Shown here: one piece after another, positions 30,008 through 39,642 of the stretch
Numbering within the stretch: position 1 is the stretch's first letter
Layout of the letters: each line of letters begins with the position of its first letter
Virus record (IMG/VR): IMGVR_UViG_3300030294_000015
Span: 30,153 to 94,152 of that record
Reading direction: 5' to 3' (one strand)
Length of the DNA: 64,000 nt
From: a virus
Translations under genes and position numbers: made by a program
Notes under the pieces: model-generated
What the model was told of the DNA's origin: nothing
Databases searched by the model: none
The model's input: only the letters and a program-made list of their open reading frames with translations

Positions 30008-32080
30008 TTAATAGAATTCTATTGGTTCTAATTTTCTTTGTGTCTCTGGTAATATTAATGTAAAATTATATAAAGCTTGTATAACTTCATTAGTAGGCTT
30101 CCTTACATTTTTACCACCTAGATCCACATAAAATCTTTTTGATTTTAGATATTCATCTAATTCTTTATTTGCTTCTAAAGTATAAGCAATTTTTACACTA
30201 TATTGATCTCCATCCTTCAGATTTCTTAAATCGTAATCTGATAATTTATAAATTAAGACGATTTAAAAAATGTTAGTGTAACCTGTAGACGCAACTCTAC
30301 CAGAAGACTTTCATCTTCCTAGACTATATTATCTTGAATCTCTTCAAGCTACCTCTTTCGGAATTATCATAAGCTTATAATCCCTACTCTACTCGCTTCG
30401 TGTATATTTATTATACCTTATTTTTAACTAGACATATCTCTATGTAAACTAGTATATAGCTTTCGATAGTCGTTGAACGTTCCCTATTTATATTAAATAA
30501 GGCTTCGATGCTGATTACCCAATTATTAATTATTCTCAAGCATTCACACTTAAAGTTTCCAATTATGTTGTAGCTAATTAACTTTCTAAGGCTTTCCAGC
30601 AGTTAAGGTAGTTTTTGTTTCGGCTTTTGCCAAGAAGACTACAATGGAGAGGTTTATAGTCTCCTTCAGTAGATGATAACGCTAAAGAACATATGTTTAG
30701 TGTATCTTTAAAACTGGAACTTGTATTGGTTCCTATATCTTCTTCTCTTATCTTTGGATAATAAGGATAGAATTCATTATTTATATATACAGGTTCTGTT
30801 TCTACTGTAGATGATATCCTAATTTTGTTAGGAAATTGTCCAAAATAAGTATTCATAGGATATCTAGTAATTAAAGCATGTTTATCTTTACACATTTCTA
30901 CAGCAGCCATATAGAATAAATCACACCATGTTAATCGTCTATTGTAAATAGATGTAACCTCATCCATATCTTCTTTCTTTTCTGTATTAGGTGTATTATT
31001 ACCTTTAAAATACATATATCTAATTTCACCTGTTGTTAATTCTACTTCTATAGGAATAAATCTATTAGAATATCCATGAATAAATCTCTTCATATATTTC
31101 TTTATTACATCATCAGAGAATTGTACAAAAGGTTCTTTTACTTGTACTAATTTGGCTTCACCTTTTTCATCATATAATATTTTTTGATTAGTACCACCAA
31201 ATTCATTTTCAAAGAATCTTCTACAATAGAATAATATATAAGGAAATAAATTTGCTATTGCAGATGCTAAAGGTAATGCACAATGCCTATTATCTACCAT
31301 TAAATCATCTACAGACTCTACATTCAAATTAGTTTCAGAGACGACTAATCTAGAAGAATAGTCAGATGTTTTGGACATTACAGATCTTTTTATAATACCA
31401 TATTTCTTTCCTAGATTTGGTTCTTTTGTAAACCAATCATAAATTTGTACTAATAATTCTTGTACTCTTCCTATAGTTGCAGATGTCATAGAGAAACCAA
31501 AGTCATCTGTTTCCTTCAAAGCATTTACTGCTATTATAATAGAATTATACATTTTATTAATTTCACCAACACCTAATGATTTATTCCCTGTATTTACATC
31601 TCTATAATATGCTGGGATAATAATATACTTATCTATGAATAGTGTACCGTTCTTTTTATTATTTGATATAAAGTCTATATTAATATCTCTCTTTAATGAA
31701 TCTGTGGATTTAAATTTCATTTTATCTATATTACTTTTAAGAAACTCAATTCCATTATCCCCATTTTCATCTTCTTCTAATAATCCTTGAGAATTTATTT
31801 TAAACTTCTTTACACCATGTACACATTCTTTAACTTTTCTATCCATTCTACACCATATTTTATAAGATAGTGGATCTATAAAAGATTTATATAAATCAAC
31901 ATAAGCAAATATATTTGCTCTTTGATCTTTAGATATTCCGAATACATCATTAGATAATAAACCATCTGACGTTGGAATACCACTACTAACAAAATATATT
32001 GGATTTGTGATTTGTTTAAGATTATTCTCTTTAATTAATCTTGCTGGGTTGAGTGTTTCGATTTTGACATGTCTTTCCAT
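30008..32080 (-). CDS. Multisubunit RNA polymerase beta'-N subunit, spliced complement(join(30008..30214,30656..32080)), 543 aa; probably the virion RNAP
   Basis: DGLLSNDVFG, IIPAYYRD, KTSDYSSRLV, ITRYP; splicing restores catalytic GDY|DGDQ; late promoter at 32101-32112. Confidence 0.9.
30215..30655 (-). ncRNA. ORF-less group I intron (441 nt)
   Basis: P1 gactaT/Gtagtc with U.G pair; P10 tctccat pairs with exon 2 atggaga; core motifs ctgctggaa, aatcagca, gttcaacgactat, aatatagtct; terminal G at 30215. Confidence 0.92.
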
Positions 32081-32132
32081 TTTATATCATACTCCTTTCT
32101 TAGTTTTGAGTTAAAAAAGAAAAGGCTCAGGA

Positions 32133-32438
32133 TTAACCTGAAACCTTTTTCATTGTAATACCTATTGTATTATTATTTATATTATAATTTACGTTATATT
32201 TATCATATATTGATGATGAATTAATTATAGGTATTGGTTTTTTAGGATTGTTTAATTCAAAGTATATTGTATCATTATTTATAAATAAATTGTTTATAAA
32301 GAAGTTTTTAAATAATGCACATATTGTATACACAGTCATGATAGCATCATGATTATTAGAAAAATAAGAATATTCTAATATATTATTTTGTTTTACAAAT
32401 TCCATCCTATCTAGTTCTATAACTTTCAATTTCATCAT
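32133..32438 (-). CDS. Hypothetical protein
   Basis: 101-aa ORF overlapping the upstream stop codon. Confidence 0.7.
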   Translation of the reverse strand: MMKLKVIELDRMEFVKQNNILEYSYFSNNHDAIMTVYTICALFKNFFINNLFINNDTIYFELNNPKKPIPIINSSSIYDKYNVNYNINNNTIGITMKKVSG

Positions 32439-32689
32439 CTCCTTCTTTTAGGCTGTTTAGTTGGTTTCTTAGAAGGAGGTTGTTTCTGATTATTTTGTTT
32501 TGTATTAGACATACCAGAACCCATAGCTGCAAGTAACGCTGCTGTACCTCCCATAGCTTCACCTTCTAATTGTCTTTGACCTTCATCAGTCAACATTTTA
32601 GCAGTAATATCCATATACAGTTTATGGAATAACTTATTTCTCATATTCTCTAATTCTGTAAAAGGGATTTTCTTATAATGATTTATCAT
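32435..32689 (-). CDS. Probable -1 frameshift extension of the upstream gp26-like/tail assembly chaperone gene
   Basis: No RBS; frame is open upstream through the CCTTTTT site in the preceding gene. Confidence 0.55.
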   Translation of the reverse strand: MINHYKKIPFTELENMRNKLFHKLYMDITAKMLTDEGQRQLEGEAMGGTAALLAAMGSGMSNTKQNNQKQPPSKKPTKQPKRRR

Positions 32690-32700
32690 TATAAGTTTAT

Positions 32701-34512
32701 CTAAATACTTGCTAGTTGAGCCAGCTGATGACGAGTAAAAAGGAGATCTTCAGCAGTCATATTATATTCTTTATCTACATGATTACATTTAGGACAAGTT
32801 CTCTCAGGTAATATATAACTCAATCTATTATCATTAGTTTTAATCTCTTTATAAATACAATTCCACATTTTTTGGAATTCATTAGACGATAGTTCTTTAG
32901 TTATAATTGTACCATACTTTTTAATTTTATTTTTTAATACTTTTCTTAATCTATTAGGTTCATTATTCTTAAATTCAGAAGTAAAGTCAATTGGTCTATA
33001 TTCACCTTTTTCTCTATCTATATAGTATATAGTATCTACATAAGTAAGAATATTTATTATACTTCCATATTTAGCTCTAAATTCTGGTTCTAATAATAGT
33101 GGTTCCATTCTAGTTTTCCAGACTGATGGTGATTTAATCTTTAATATATAATCATCTGAAATTTGATAACCTTTACCATTTATAACATAAGGAGAATCAT
33201 CAGGATTATTTAATAAATCAGAATACTCTTGTTTTACTTTATCAGTTTCAAATTTCATCATATTCATTATAGGAATATCTGCACTTATATAAGGGAATTG
33301 ACATTTTTCACATTGAGAAGCTAAAATATTAGAATATTTGAATGATCCTATATAAGCTCCTCCATATACATGATCTAAATCATCATCTCTTAATGACTTT
33401 AGCCATGTAGTTGCATCTGATGGTTTTTTACTTCTTATATGGTCATATAATATAGTGAATTTCCTTAAAGTTTGTGTGTATTCACTAACATCTTTTTCTA
33501 ATGGTGCTGCTAATTCATTAACTTCAAAACCTTCTAATTCTTCAAAAGAAAATGTTCTTTTAGAATTCCATAATACATGTTCTATAACATCTTTATGTCT
33601 TGTAGATTTAGCATTATTGACATTTATTGGTGATCCTACTTTAAATGTAGACATATCAATTACATTTTTAATAGGATGTAATAATTTAGAAAGATTACCT
33701 TTCATATCATCGAATGCTTTATCTAATTCTTCTTGGGATAATATTAAATCTTTTTCTTCTTTATTATCTTCTTCTATACGAGACTCTTCATCTGGAATAT
33801 CTATATAATCTTTATTATCAGAATCTTCTGATGATTTAGTTATCTCTTTAAAATCATTATCGTCAAAAATAGTATCTCTTCTATTATCTTTCTCTGATAA
33901 TAATGCTCCTGATTTCATAATAGTATGGTCATTTTTTCTATCTATAATTTTTACTTTAGATTCTTCTTTATTTTCTTCTAATACAGAATGTTGATCTGTA
34001 ATATCTTCTATAGTTTTTTCATCATCATAAACTATTTCTAAAGTAGAATTTTCTTCTTGTTTTTCTTCTTCTAAGTCAATAGAAGATTTTGGAAATTCAC
34101 TATTTAAATCAACTTTTGTTGTTTTTTCTTTAGGTTCTTCCGTATATAAAACAAGTTCTTCATCTTTATTATCCATTATATCATCTCCTACTATTTCTAA
34201 ATCTTCATTATTCTTATAATCATCTGGAATATCTAAATCATCATATTCAGAATCAGATGGTATATTTTCTAATTCTTTTTCTTTAACTTTCATTGCTTCT
34301 TGTTTTGCGTTATTGAATTCTTCATTTTCTTTTGCTAGTTCTTCTATTCTTTTATCTACTAATCCTAGAACTTCATCTTGTTCTTTCTTAGTTTTTTCAT
34401 TAGAGATTTTTAATTTTTCTTCTCTCTTTGCTTGTTCTGTAAGCTTAATAGCTTCTTCAGAACTTATTGTTTTCTTCTTTTTCATATCAGATAAAGATAA
34501 TTGATCTTCCAT
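32701..34512 (-). CDS. Baseplate hub assembly/tail chaperone-like protein (T4 gp26/gp51-like C-terminal domain, long acidic N-terminus)
   Basis: CEKC and CPKC pairs, LKIKSPSV motif, directly downstream of a gp25-like gene. Confidence 0.55.
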   Translation of the reverse strand: MEDQLSLSDMKKKKTISSEEAIKLTEQAKREEKLKISNEKTKKEQDEVLGLVDKRIEELAKENEEFNNAKQEAMKVKEKELENIPSDSEYDDLDIPDDYKNNEDLEIVGDDIMDNKDEELVLYTEEPKEKTTKVDLNSEFPKSSIDLEEEKQEENSTLEIVYDDEKTIEDITDQHSVLEENKEESKVKIIDRKNDHTIMKSGALLSEKDNRRDTIFDDNDFKEITKSSEDSDNKDYIDIPDEESRIEEDNKEEKDLILSQEELDKAFDDMKGNLSKLLHPIKNVIDMSTFKVGSPINVNNAKSTRHKDVIEHVLWNSKRTFSFEELEGFEVNELAAPLEKDVSEYTQTLRKFTILYDHIRSKKPSDATTWLKSLRDDDLDHVYGGAYIGSFKYSNILASQCEKCQFPYISADIPIMNMMKFETDKVKQEYSDLLNNPDDSPYVINGKGYQISDDYILKIKSPSVWKTRMEPLLLEPEFRAKYGSIINILTYVDTIYYIDREKGEYRPIDFTSEFKNNEPNRLRKVLKNKIKKYGTIITKELSSNEFQKMWNCIYKEIKTNDNRLSYILPERTCPKCNHVDKEYNMTAEDLLFTRHQLAQLASI

Positions 34513-34531
34513 AACTTATATTCCTCCTCTA

Positions 34532-34909
34532 TTATAAATCACTTAATGATATTGTATTATTTTCACTATTAGTTATTAATTTATATATAGTGTTTTCTAC
34601 TTGTATTTCTATAGTCAAAACACCTTTGGATGTGGTTGATTGTTTTATATCTATACTCACATTAGATAAATTTGGTAGGTATGTCGCTATTTGTTTTTCA
34701 ACTTCTAACGTTAGAGATGATATGTCTTCCATAAACATATTTCTCCAATTTTTATGTATTCCTATACCCATATCAGGATGAGTTTCTATTTCTCCTGGGT
34801 TTAATAAGAATAGTCTTATTAATAATATGGCTACAGCATCATCACCTTCATATACTTTAGGTTTATTATAATTATCTTTAGATAATACATATTCTCTTAT
34901 AGCTGCCAC
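34532..34909 (-). CDS. Baseplate wedge protein, T4 gp25-like
   Basis: LIRLFLLNPGEIETHPDMGIGI...IATYLP pattern, 125 aa; late promoter 34943-34954. Confidence 0.7.
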   Translation of the reverse strand: MAAIREYVLSKDNYNKPKVYEGDDAVAILLIRLFLLNPGEIETHPDMGIGIHKNWRNMFMEDISSLTLEVEKQIATYLPNLSNVSIDIKQSTTSKGVLTIEIQVENTIYKLITNSENNTISLSDL

Positions 34910-35045
34910 ATAAAATCACCTCACGATCTATATAATTAAATTTAATTAATAGTTTAACTTTTAAAAAATAACTGTTAAGGTTTTAATTTATAATTGTATA
35001 TTATAATAGTGAATAATATAAATAAAATTAAGGAGTGTTGTAAAA

Positions 35046-35822
35046 ATGAAATTGAAAGATATGAATTTAGGTATTAAATTTGTAGTAACAGGAGATTGGA
35101 TATCATATATACAGTATAATACAGATGAAAAAATAACAGATGTAAGAACTCAAAGAGAATTTAAAAGTTTTGAATATATTGAATTAAAAAATATGATAAG
35201 AATATTGGTTAAAAATGATTATGCTAGAATTGCTGTTATACCAAGTACATATAGTGAATTCAATTGTATGTATTACAGCTTTTTACTATTTAATAAGCCA
35301 TCTATTACAGATAAGGTTTTATCTTCTAATAAGATCGTGCAATATATTATAGAACAAAACAATTTAGAAGATATGGATGTATCTCTCATGAAAATTAATA
35401 ATAGTAATTCAAGAAAATATTTAGATGATTTTGATGGAGATACTTTAAATATTATGTATGAAAAGATACCAGCAAATAATTATGAGGAATATCATTATAA
35501 AAATGATAGAATAATAAAAGATATTATAGACTTCTATGAAATAAAGAATGATAAAGATTATTCTAAATTAGGAAAATACATAGATAGTATTTTCCCTAGA
35601 TGTATAGAAGAAAAAGTATATTTATCACAATTAATAATAGCATTATTAACTAATTTCCATGATATTGATAAAATGAATCAAACATCAGTATCACGTGTTT
35701 CATATGGTGATATAATTAAAGGTAATTATGATTTTGGAGATATTCAAAATATATTTATAGAATATCCATTAGAATATAAAATGTTACAAGATATATACCA
35801 AGCGTTACCTACTGTAGAGTAA
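35046..35822 (+). CDS. Hypothetical early protein containing a DFDGDTLNI segment
   Basis: Early promoter 34992-35011, RBS aaggag. Confidence 0.8.
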   Translation: MKLKDMNLGIKFVVTGDWISYIQYNTDEKITDVRTQREFKSFEYIELKNMIRILVKNDYARIAVIPSTYSEFNCMYYSFLLFNKPSITDKVLSSNKIVQYIIEQNNLEDMDVSLMKINNSNSRKYLDDFDGDTLNIMYEKIPANNYEEYHYKNDRIIKDIIDFYEIKNDKDYSKLGKYIDSIFPRCIEEKVYLSQLIIALLTNFHDIDKMNQTSVSRVSYGDIIKGNYDFGDIQNIFIEYPLEYKMLQDIYQALPTVE

Positions 35823-35890
35823 ACATGAAAATGATTTAAAGAGGATATAAAAATCCTCTTTATAATAAATAAAATTATGGGGTGATTAAA

Positions 35891-36331
35891 ATGAGTATCG
35901 GGAATAAAATTAAATTATTAAGAGAACAAAATTGTTTATCACAAAGAGATTTAGCTTTTAAATGTAATGTATCTCAAACTACTATAGCTATGTATGAGAA
36001 TGACAAAGTATTATACATGAATAAAGAATTGATAAAATTTATTGCTAAACTATTTAATGCTGATTATAATTACATATTAGAAAAAGATTATGATACAGAG
36101 AATGAAAATTACATAATAGGTACGATGTTGGCTTACCTTAGAAAACAACATAAAATGACTCAAACATATTTATCTGATTTAGTTGATTCATCTAGATCAA
36201 CTATAAGTAGAATAGAAATTGGAGCTGTAGATATTAGGAAATCTGTACATAAAGAACTTAAAGAAAACATAATAATAATATTTCCAGAATTAGAGAATTA
36301 CATAAATGATTTATCAAAAGAAATTGCTTAA
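35891..36331 (+). CDS. XRE-family regulator with two HTH domains
   Basis: IKLLREQNCLSQRDLA...VSQTTIAMYEN and LRKQHKMTQTYLS...SRSTISRIEIG. Confidence 0.9.
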   Translation: MSIGNKIKLLREQNCLSQRDLAFKCNVSQTTIAMYENDKVLYMNKELIKFIAKLFNADYNYILEKDYDTENENYIIGTMLAYLRKQHKMTQTYLSDLVDSSRSTISRIEIGAVDIRKSVHKELKENIIIIFPELENYINDLSKEIA

Positions 36332-36404
36332 AATTTAATAATCATAATAAAGAGGATTTTGTTCCTCTTTATTTTTTTAAACTTTATACTAAGAGGTGAT
36401 TAAA

Positions 36405-39400
36405 ATGGGAAGATTTAGTGTTAGTATAAATGAATCTGGTAATACAATTCAACATCTATATTTTCTTTCTAAAGATAATATGGATAATAAAACTTTATAT
36501 CCCAGAATACCAGATAATTATTTTACTAAGAATGACTATGAAGATAGTACAACAAAAAGAGTGTGTTTTGCTCATTCTATAAATAAAGCTTTAATGGGAA
36601 TTTCTATGAGAATGAAAGGTATGGAATTGTATGTACATATTCCTAAAGATTCAAATATCAAAACTCATAAACCTAATTCTAAAGAAGTTCCTGACGTTAA
36701 AATTACAGGAGAAACTTGGGTTACAGAACCTGTTAAAATAAAATGTATTGGTAAAATAAGAGTTATAGATGATGCTGGAAAAGATGGACATCCATTTAAA
36801 TATGGTAATAATACAGCAGAATTATATGATTGGAATTGGGAATGGATTGAAAAATATAAAGAAGGTATAAATGAAGGTATGGTTATTTCAGAAAAAGATT
36901 TTTCTAATAATCTAGAGAAATGGGAGAATGATAAATATCCCGTATTATTAATTACTGGTTTATCTGGTGGAGGAAAATCTACTTTAGCATCTCAATTAGC
37001 TACTCAACATAAAGCAGATATAGTTGAACTGGATGGATTAGAATGGAATTTTGATAATTCAAGAAATCATTTTTTAACAAAATTTATAAATGAAAATCCT
37101 CAATATAAAAAATCTATTCAAGACCATTGGAAAGATGAAAAAGGTAAAATTCCTGCTAAAAAATTTATCTACTTTTGTATTTCACATGCTTTAAAAAATA
37201 ATATTAAAATCATAATAGAAGGTGTACAAATTTATTATGTAATGATAGGGTCTAAAGAAGATTTGATTTATATGACAGATAAACCTATAATAATTAAAGG
37301 TACATCTCCTATAATATCAAAATTAAGACAATTTAAAAGAATAATAAATGGCGGGGAAGAAGGACAACCTTTATCAACACTTATTAAAGATAATAATTAT
37401 TTAACTGATTTTAGAAATAAAATAAAGTCTACTATTAAAGAAAATGAGGAGAGTGATAATATGGGTATACTATTTCCTTTTGCAGAAAATGTATTGAATC
37501 TTAAAAAGATTGATATAAACTACTCAGATAAATTTTCAGATGTTACTGATATTGTAAATTCATTGTCTAAAGATGAAAAATATGAGTTAGCTCCAAGCGA
37601 TTTTTCAAAACCGAATGGTCATTTTACAAATTCTCGAAATTGTGTATATAGAAAAGTATATAAAAATGGGAAAGAAAATATGGGATTTATTGAATTATAT
37701 ATTTTTGATGATAAAACTAAAGCATATACTGCTGTAGCTATAAAACCTAAATATAGAGGTAAAAGTTTAACTAAATTAATGGTGGATGAAGCTATAGATT
37801 CGATATCTAATAAAAAAGGTTTAAAAAAGATAATGTGGGGTGCTATAAAAAAAAATATACCATCTAATAAATTAGCAAAAGATATGAATTTTAATTTATG
37901 TGATTCAGATGATGTAGATAACATATATGAGTTGAAATTAAATAAAAAAGATAAATCAATAGAAGAAGCTTATCTAATAGAATCATCTATATATAAGAAG
38001 AAATACTCATGTCCTTATTGTGATAATAAATTAGATAGACAAAAACTAGTAAAGCATGTAGATGAAAATCATGAGGATTTTATTCCTGAGAATTATACTG
38101 CTACTAGAATTATATTTAATTTAGTAAATAAGAAAGAAAAAGGAACTTGTGTTATATGTGGTAAAGAAACACAATGGGATGAGAATAAAGCTAAGTATGA
38201 TAGATTCTGTTGTGAAAAATGTGTTCAAGAATATATAAAACAACGTAATGAAAGTATGATGAGAACACATGGTAAATTATATGTAACAGATGATCCAGAA
38301 TTTCAAAAGAAAATGCTTTCTAACAGAAGTATATCTGGAGATTATTTATGGTCAGATGGAGTTAAACGTTCTTATACTGGTTCTTATGAAAAGAAATTAT
38401 TAGAATTCTTAGATAAAGTAATGGGATTTAAATCATGTGATGTTATCACTCCAGGTACTACAGTATACTATATAGATGATGATGGTAAACAACGTGCTTG
38501 GATATTAGATGATGAAATAACACCATATAATTTACAAATAGATGTAAAAGATGGTGGAGATAATCCTAATAATAAAGAGATGCCTGAATATAGAGCTAAA
38601 CAAATAGCAAAAGAAAAATCTATTTATGATCAAAAGAAATATAATTATCTAAGACTTACTAACAATAACTTTGGACAATTAATTAATACATTAGCTCAGA
38701 TAAAACAAAATCTATTAGAAAATAATGAAGATAAGATTTGGAATATTAATGAATATATGGCTATGGGAAGTTGTAATCCAATAGTTTCTGGTTCAGCTGA
38801 AGGTAATAATGTTATTCAACAAAGACCTATAAAATATATTGTACCTGCTATGGTACAAAATACATTTGTAGAACCATTATATTCTAGAGATGAATTCTTG
38901 GAGAAACTATATAGAATACAAGATGGTAAACTTGTATTAACAAATAAAAAAGATATCTCTAAAGAATTTGATATATCTAATAAGTTATTAAAATCTAGTC
39001 AAGCAGAAGATATGCAAGAAGATCTAGAACAACTTCTTACAAAAGAATCTTATGTAGATCATAATATAATGTATGAATTAATGACTGGACATAAATTATT
39101 AGATAAGAACCAATATTTCTTTGATGAGAATTTAGAAATAGAATTAGAAGGTTTCTATAAATCTAAATTAAGAAAAGAAATAATAGAATCAACTTTCTCT
39201 AATCTTCTAAATAAATATAAAATAATTATATCAGAAAATATGCATAAAATTAGTTATAAGAATCTATCTATAGAAAGAGATAAGAATGGATATTATGCTT
39301 ATAATGAATTTACAAGAAAAAGAACCAAGAGTTATCAATTGATAAATGAAATATCTGATGATATTTTAGAAATTCTAAATAATGATGACTTTCTAAACAA

Positions 39401-39431
39401 TACAAATGAAGATGATTCCTTAATGAATTAA
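36405..39431 (+). CDS. Multidomain late polyprotein: ART-like domain, P-loop kinase, GNAT acetyltransferase, Zn fingers and PD-(D/E)xK-like domain
   Basis: RVCFAHSI..VPD..TGETW; ITGLSGGGKST; AVAIKPKYRGKSL; CPYC..H...H, CVIC..CCEKC; LDDEITPYNLQIDVKDG; late promoter 36380-36391. Confidence 0.7.
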   Translation: MGRFSVSINESGNTIQHLYFLSKDNMDNKTLYPRIPDNYFTKNDYEDSTTKRVCFAHSINKALMGISMRMKGMELYVHIPKDSNIKTHKPNSKEVPDVKITGETWVTEPVKIKCIGKIRVIDDAGKDGHPFKYGNNTAELYDWNWEWIEKYKEGINEGMVISEKDFSNNLEKWENDKYPVLLITGLSGGGKSTLASQLATQHKADIVELDGLEWNFDNSRNHFLTKFINENPQYKKSIQDHWKDEKGKIPAKKFIYFCISHALKNNIKIIIEGVQIYYVMIGSKEDLIYMTDKPIIIKGTSPIISKLRQFKRIINGGEEGQPLSTLIKDNNYLTDFRNKIKSTIKENEESDNMGILFPFAENVLNLKKIDINYSDKFSDVTDIVNSLSKDEKYELAPSDFSKPNGHFTNSRNCVYRKVYKNGKENMGFIELYIFDDKTKAYTAVAIKPKYRGKSLTKLMVDEAIDSISNKKGLKKIMWGAIKKNIPSNKLAKDMNFNLCDSDDVDNIYELKLNKKDKSIEEAYLIESSIYKKKYSCPYCDNKLDRQKLVKHVDENHEDFIPENYTATRIIFNLVNKKEKGTCVICGKETQWDENKAKYDRFCCEKCVQEYIKQRNESMMRTHGKLYVTDDPEFQKKMLSNRSISGDYLWSDGVKRSYTGSYEKKLLEFLDKVMGFKSCDVITPGTTVYYIDDDGKQRAWILDDEITPYNLQIDVKDGGDNPNNKEMPEYRAKQIAKEKSIYDQKKYNYLRLTNNNFGQLINTLAQIKQNLLENNEDKIWNINEYMAMGSCNPIVSGSAEGNNVIQQRPIKYIVPAMVQNTFVEPLYSRDEFLEKLYRIQDGKLVLTNKKDISKEFDISNKLLKSSQAEDMQEDLEQLLTKESYVDHNIMYELMTGHKLLDKNQYFFDENLEIELEGFYKSKLRKEIIESTFSNLLNKYKIIISENMHKISYKNLSIERDKNGYYAYNEFTRKRTKSYQLINEISDDILEILNNDDFLNNTNEDDSLMN

Positions 39432-39480
39432 TTAAGAAATATGATTGTATATTATATCCTTGAGGGAGATGAGATAATAT

Positions 39481-39642
39481 ATGATAATGAATAGACGTGA
39501 ATTAATTAAATCTGTAAATCCAGCTTATAATATTTATAATACATTACACAATACCAAACAAGAAAATAAAGATAGTCATAAAAAAGAAGATTACATAATA
39601 AAATTTCAAGATGTTTTAAACAAAGCTAAGGGGGAATTATAA
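39481..39642 (+). CDS. Small hypothetical early protein (53 aa)
   Basis: Early promoter 39443-39462, RBS gaggga, open frame to TAA 39640-39642. Confidence 0.6.
   Translation: MIMNRRELIKSVNPAYNIYNTLHNTKQENKDSHKKEDYIIKFQDVLNKAKGEL

Noticed and set aside
30578-30655. C-terminal KPLHCSLLGKSRNKNYLNCWKALES of the RNAP ORF
   Set aside because: Read-through into intron sequence; replaced by exon 2 after splicing
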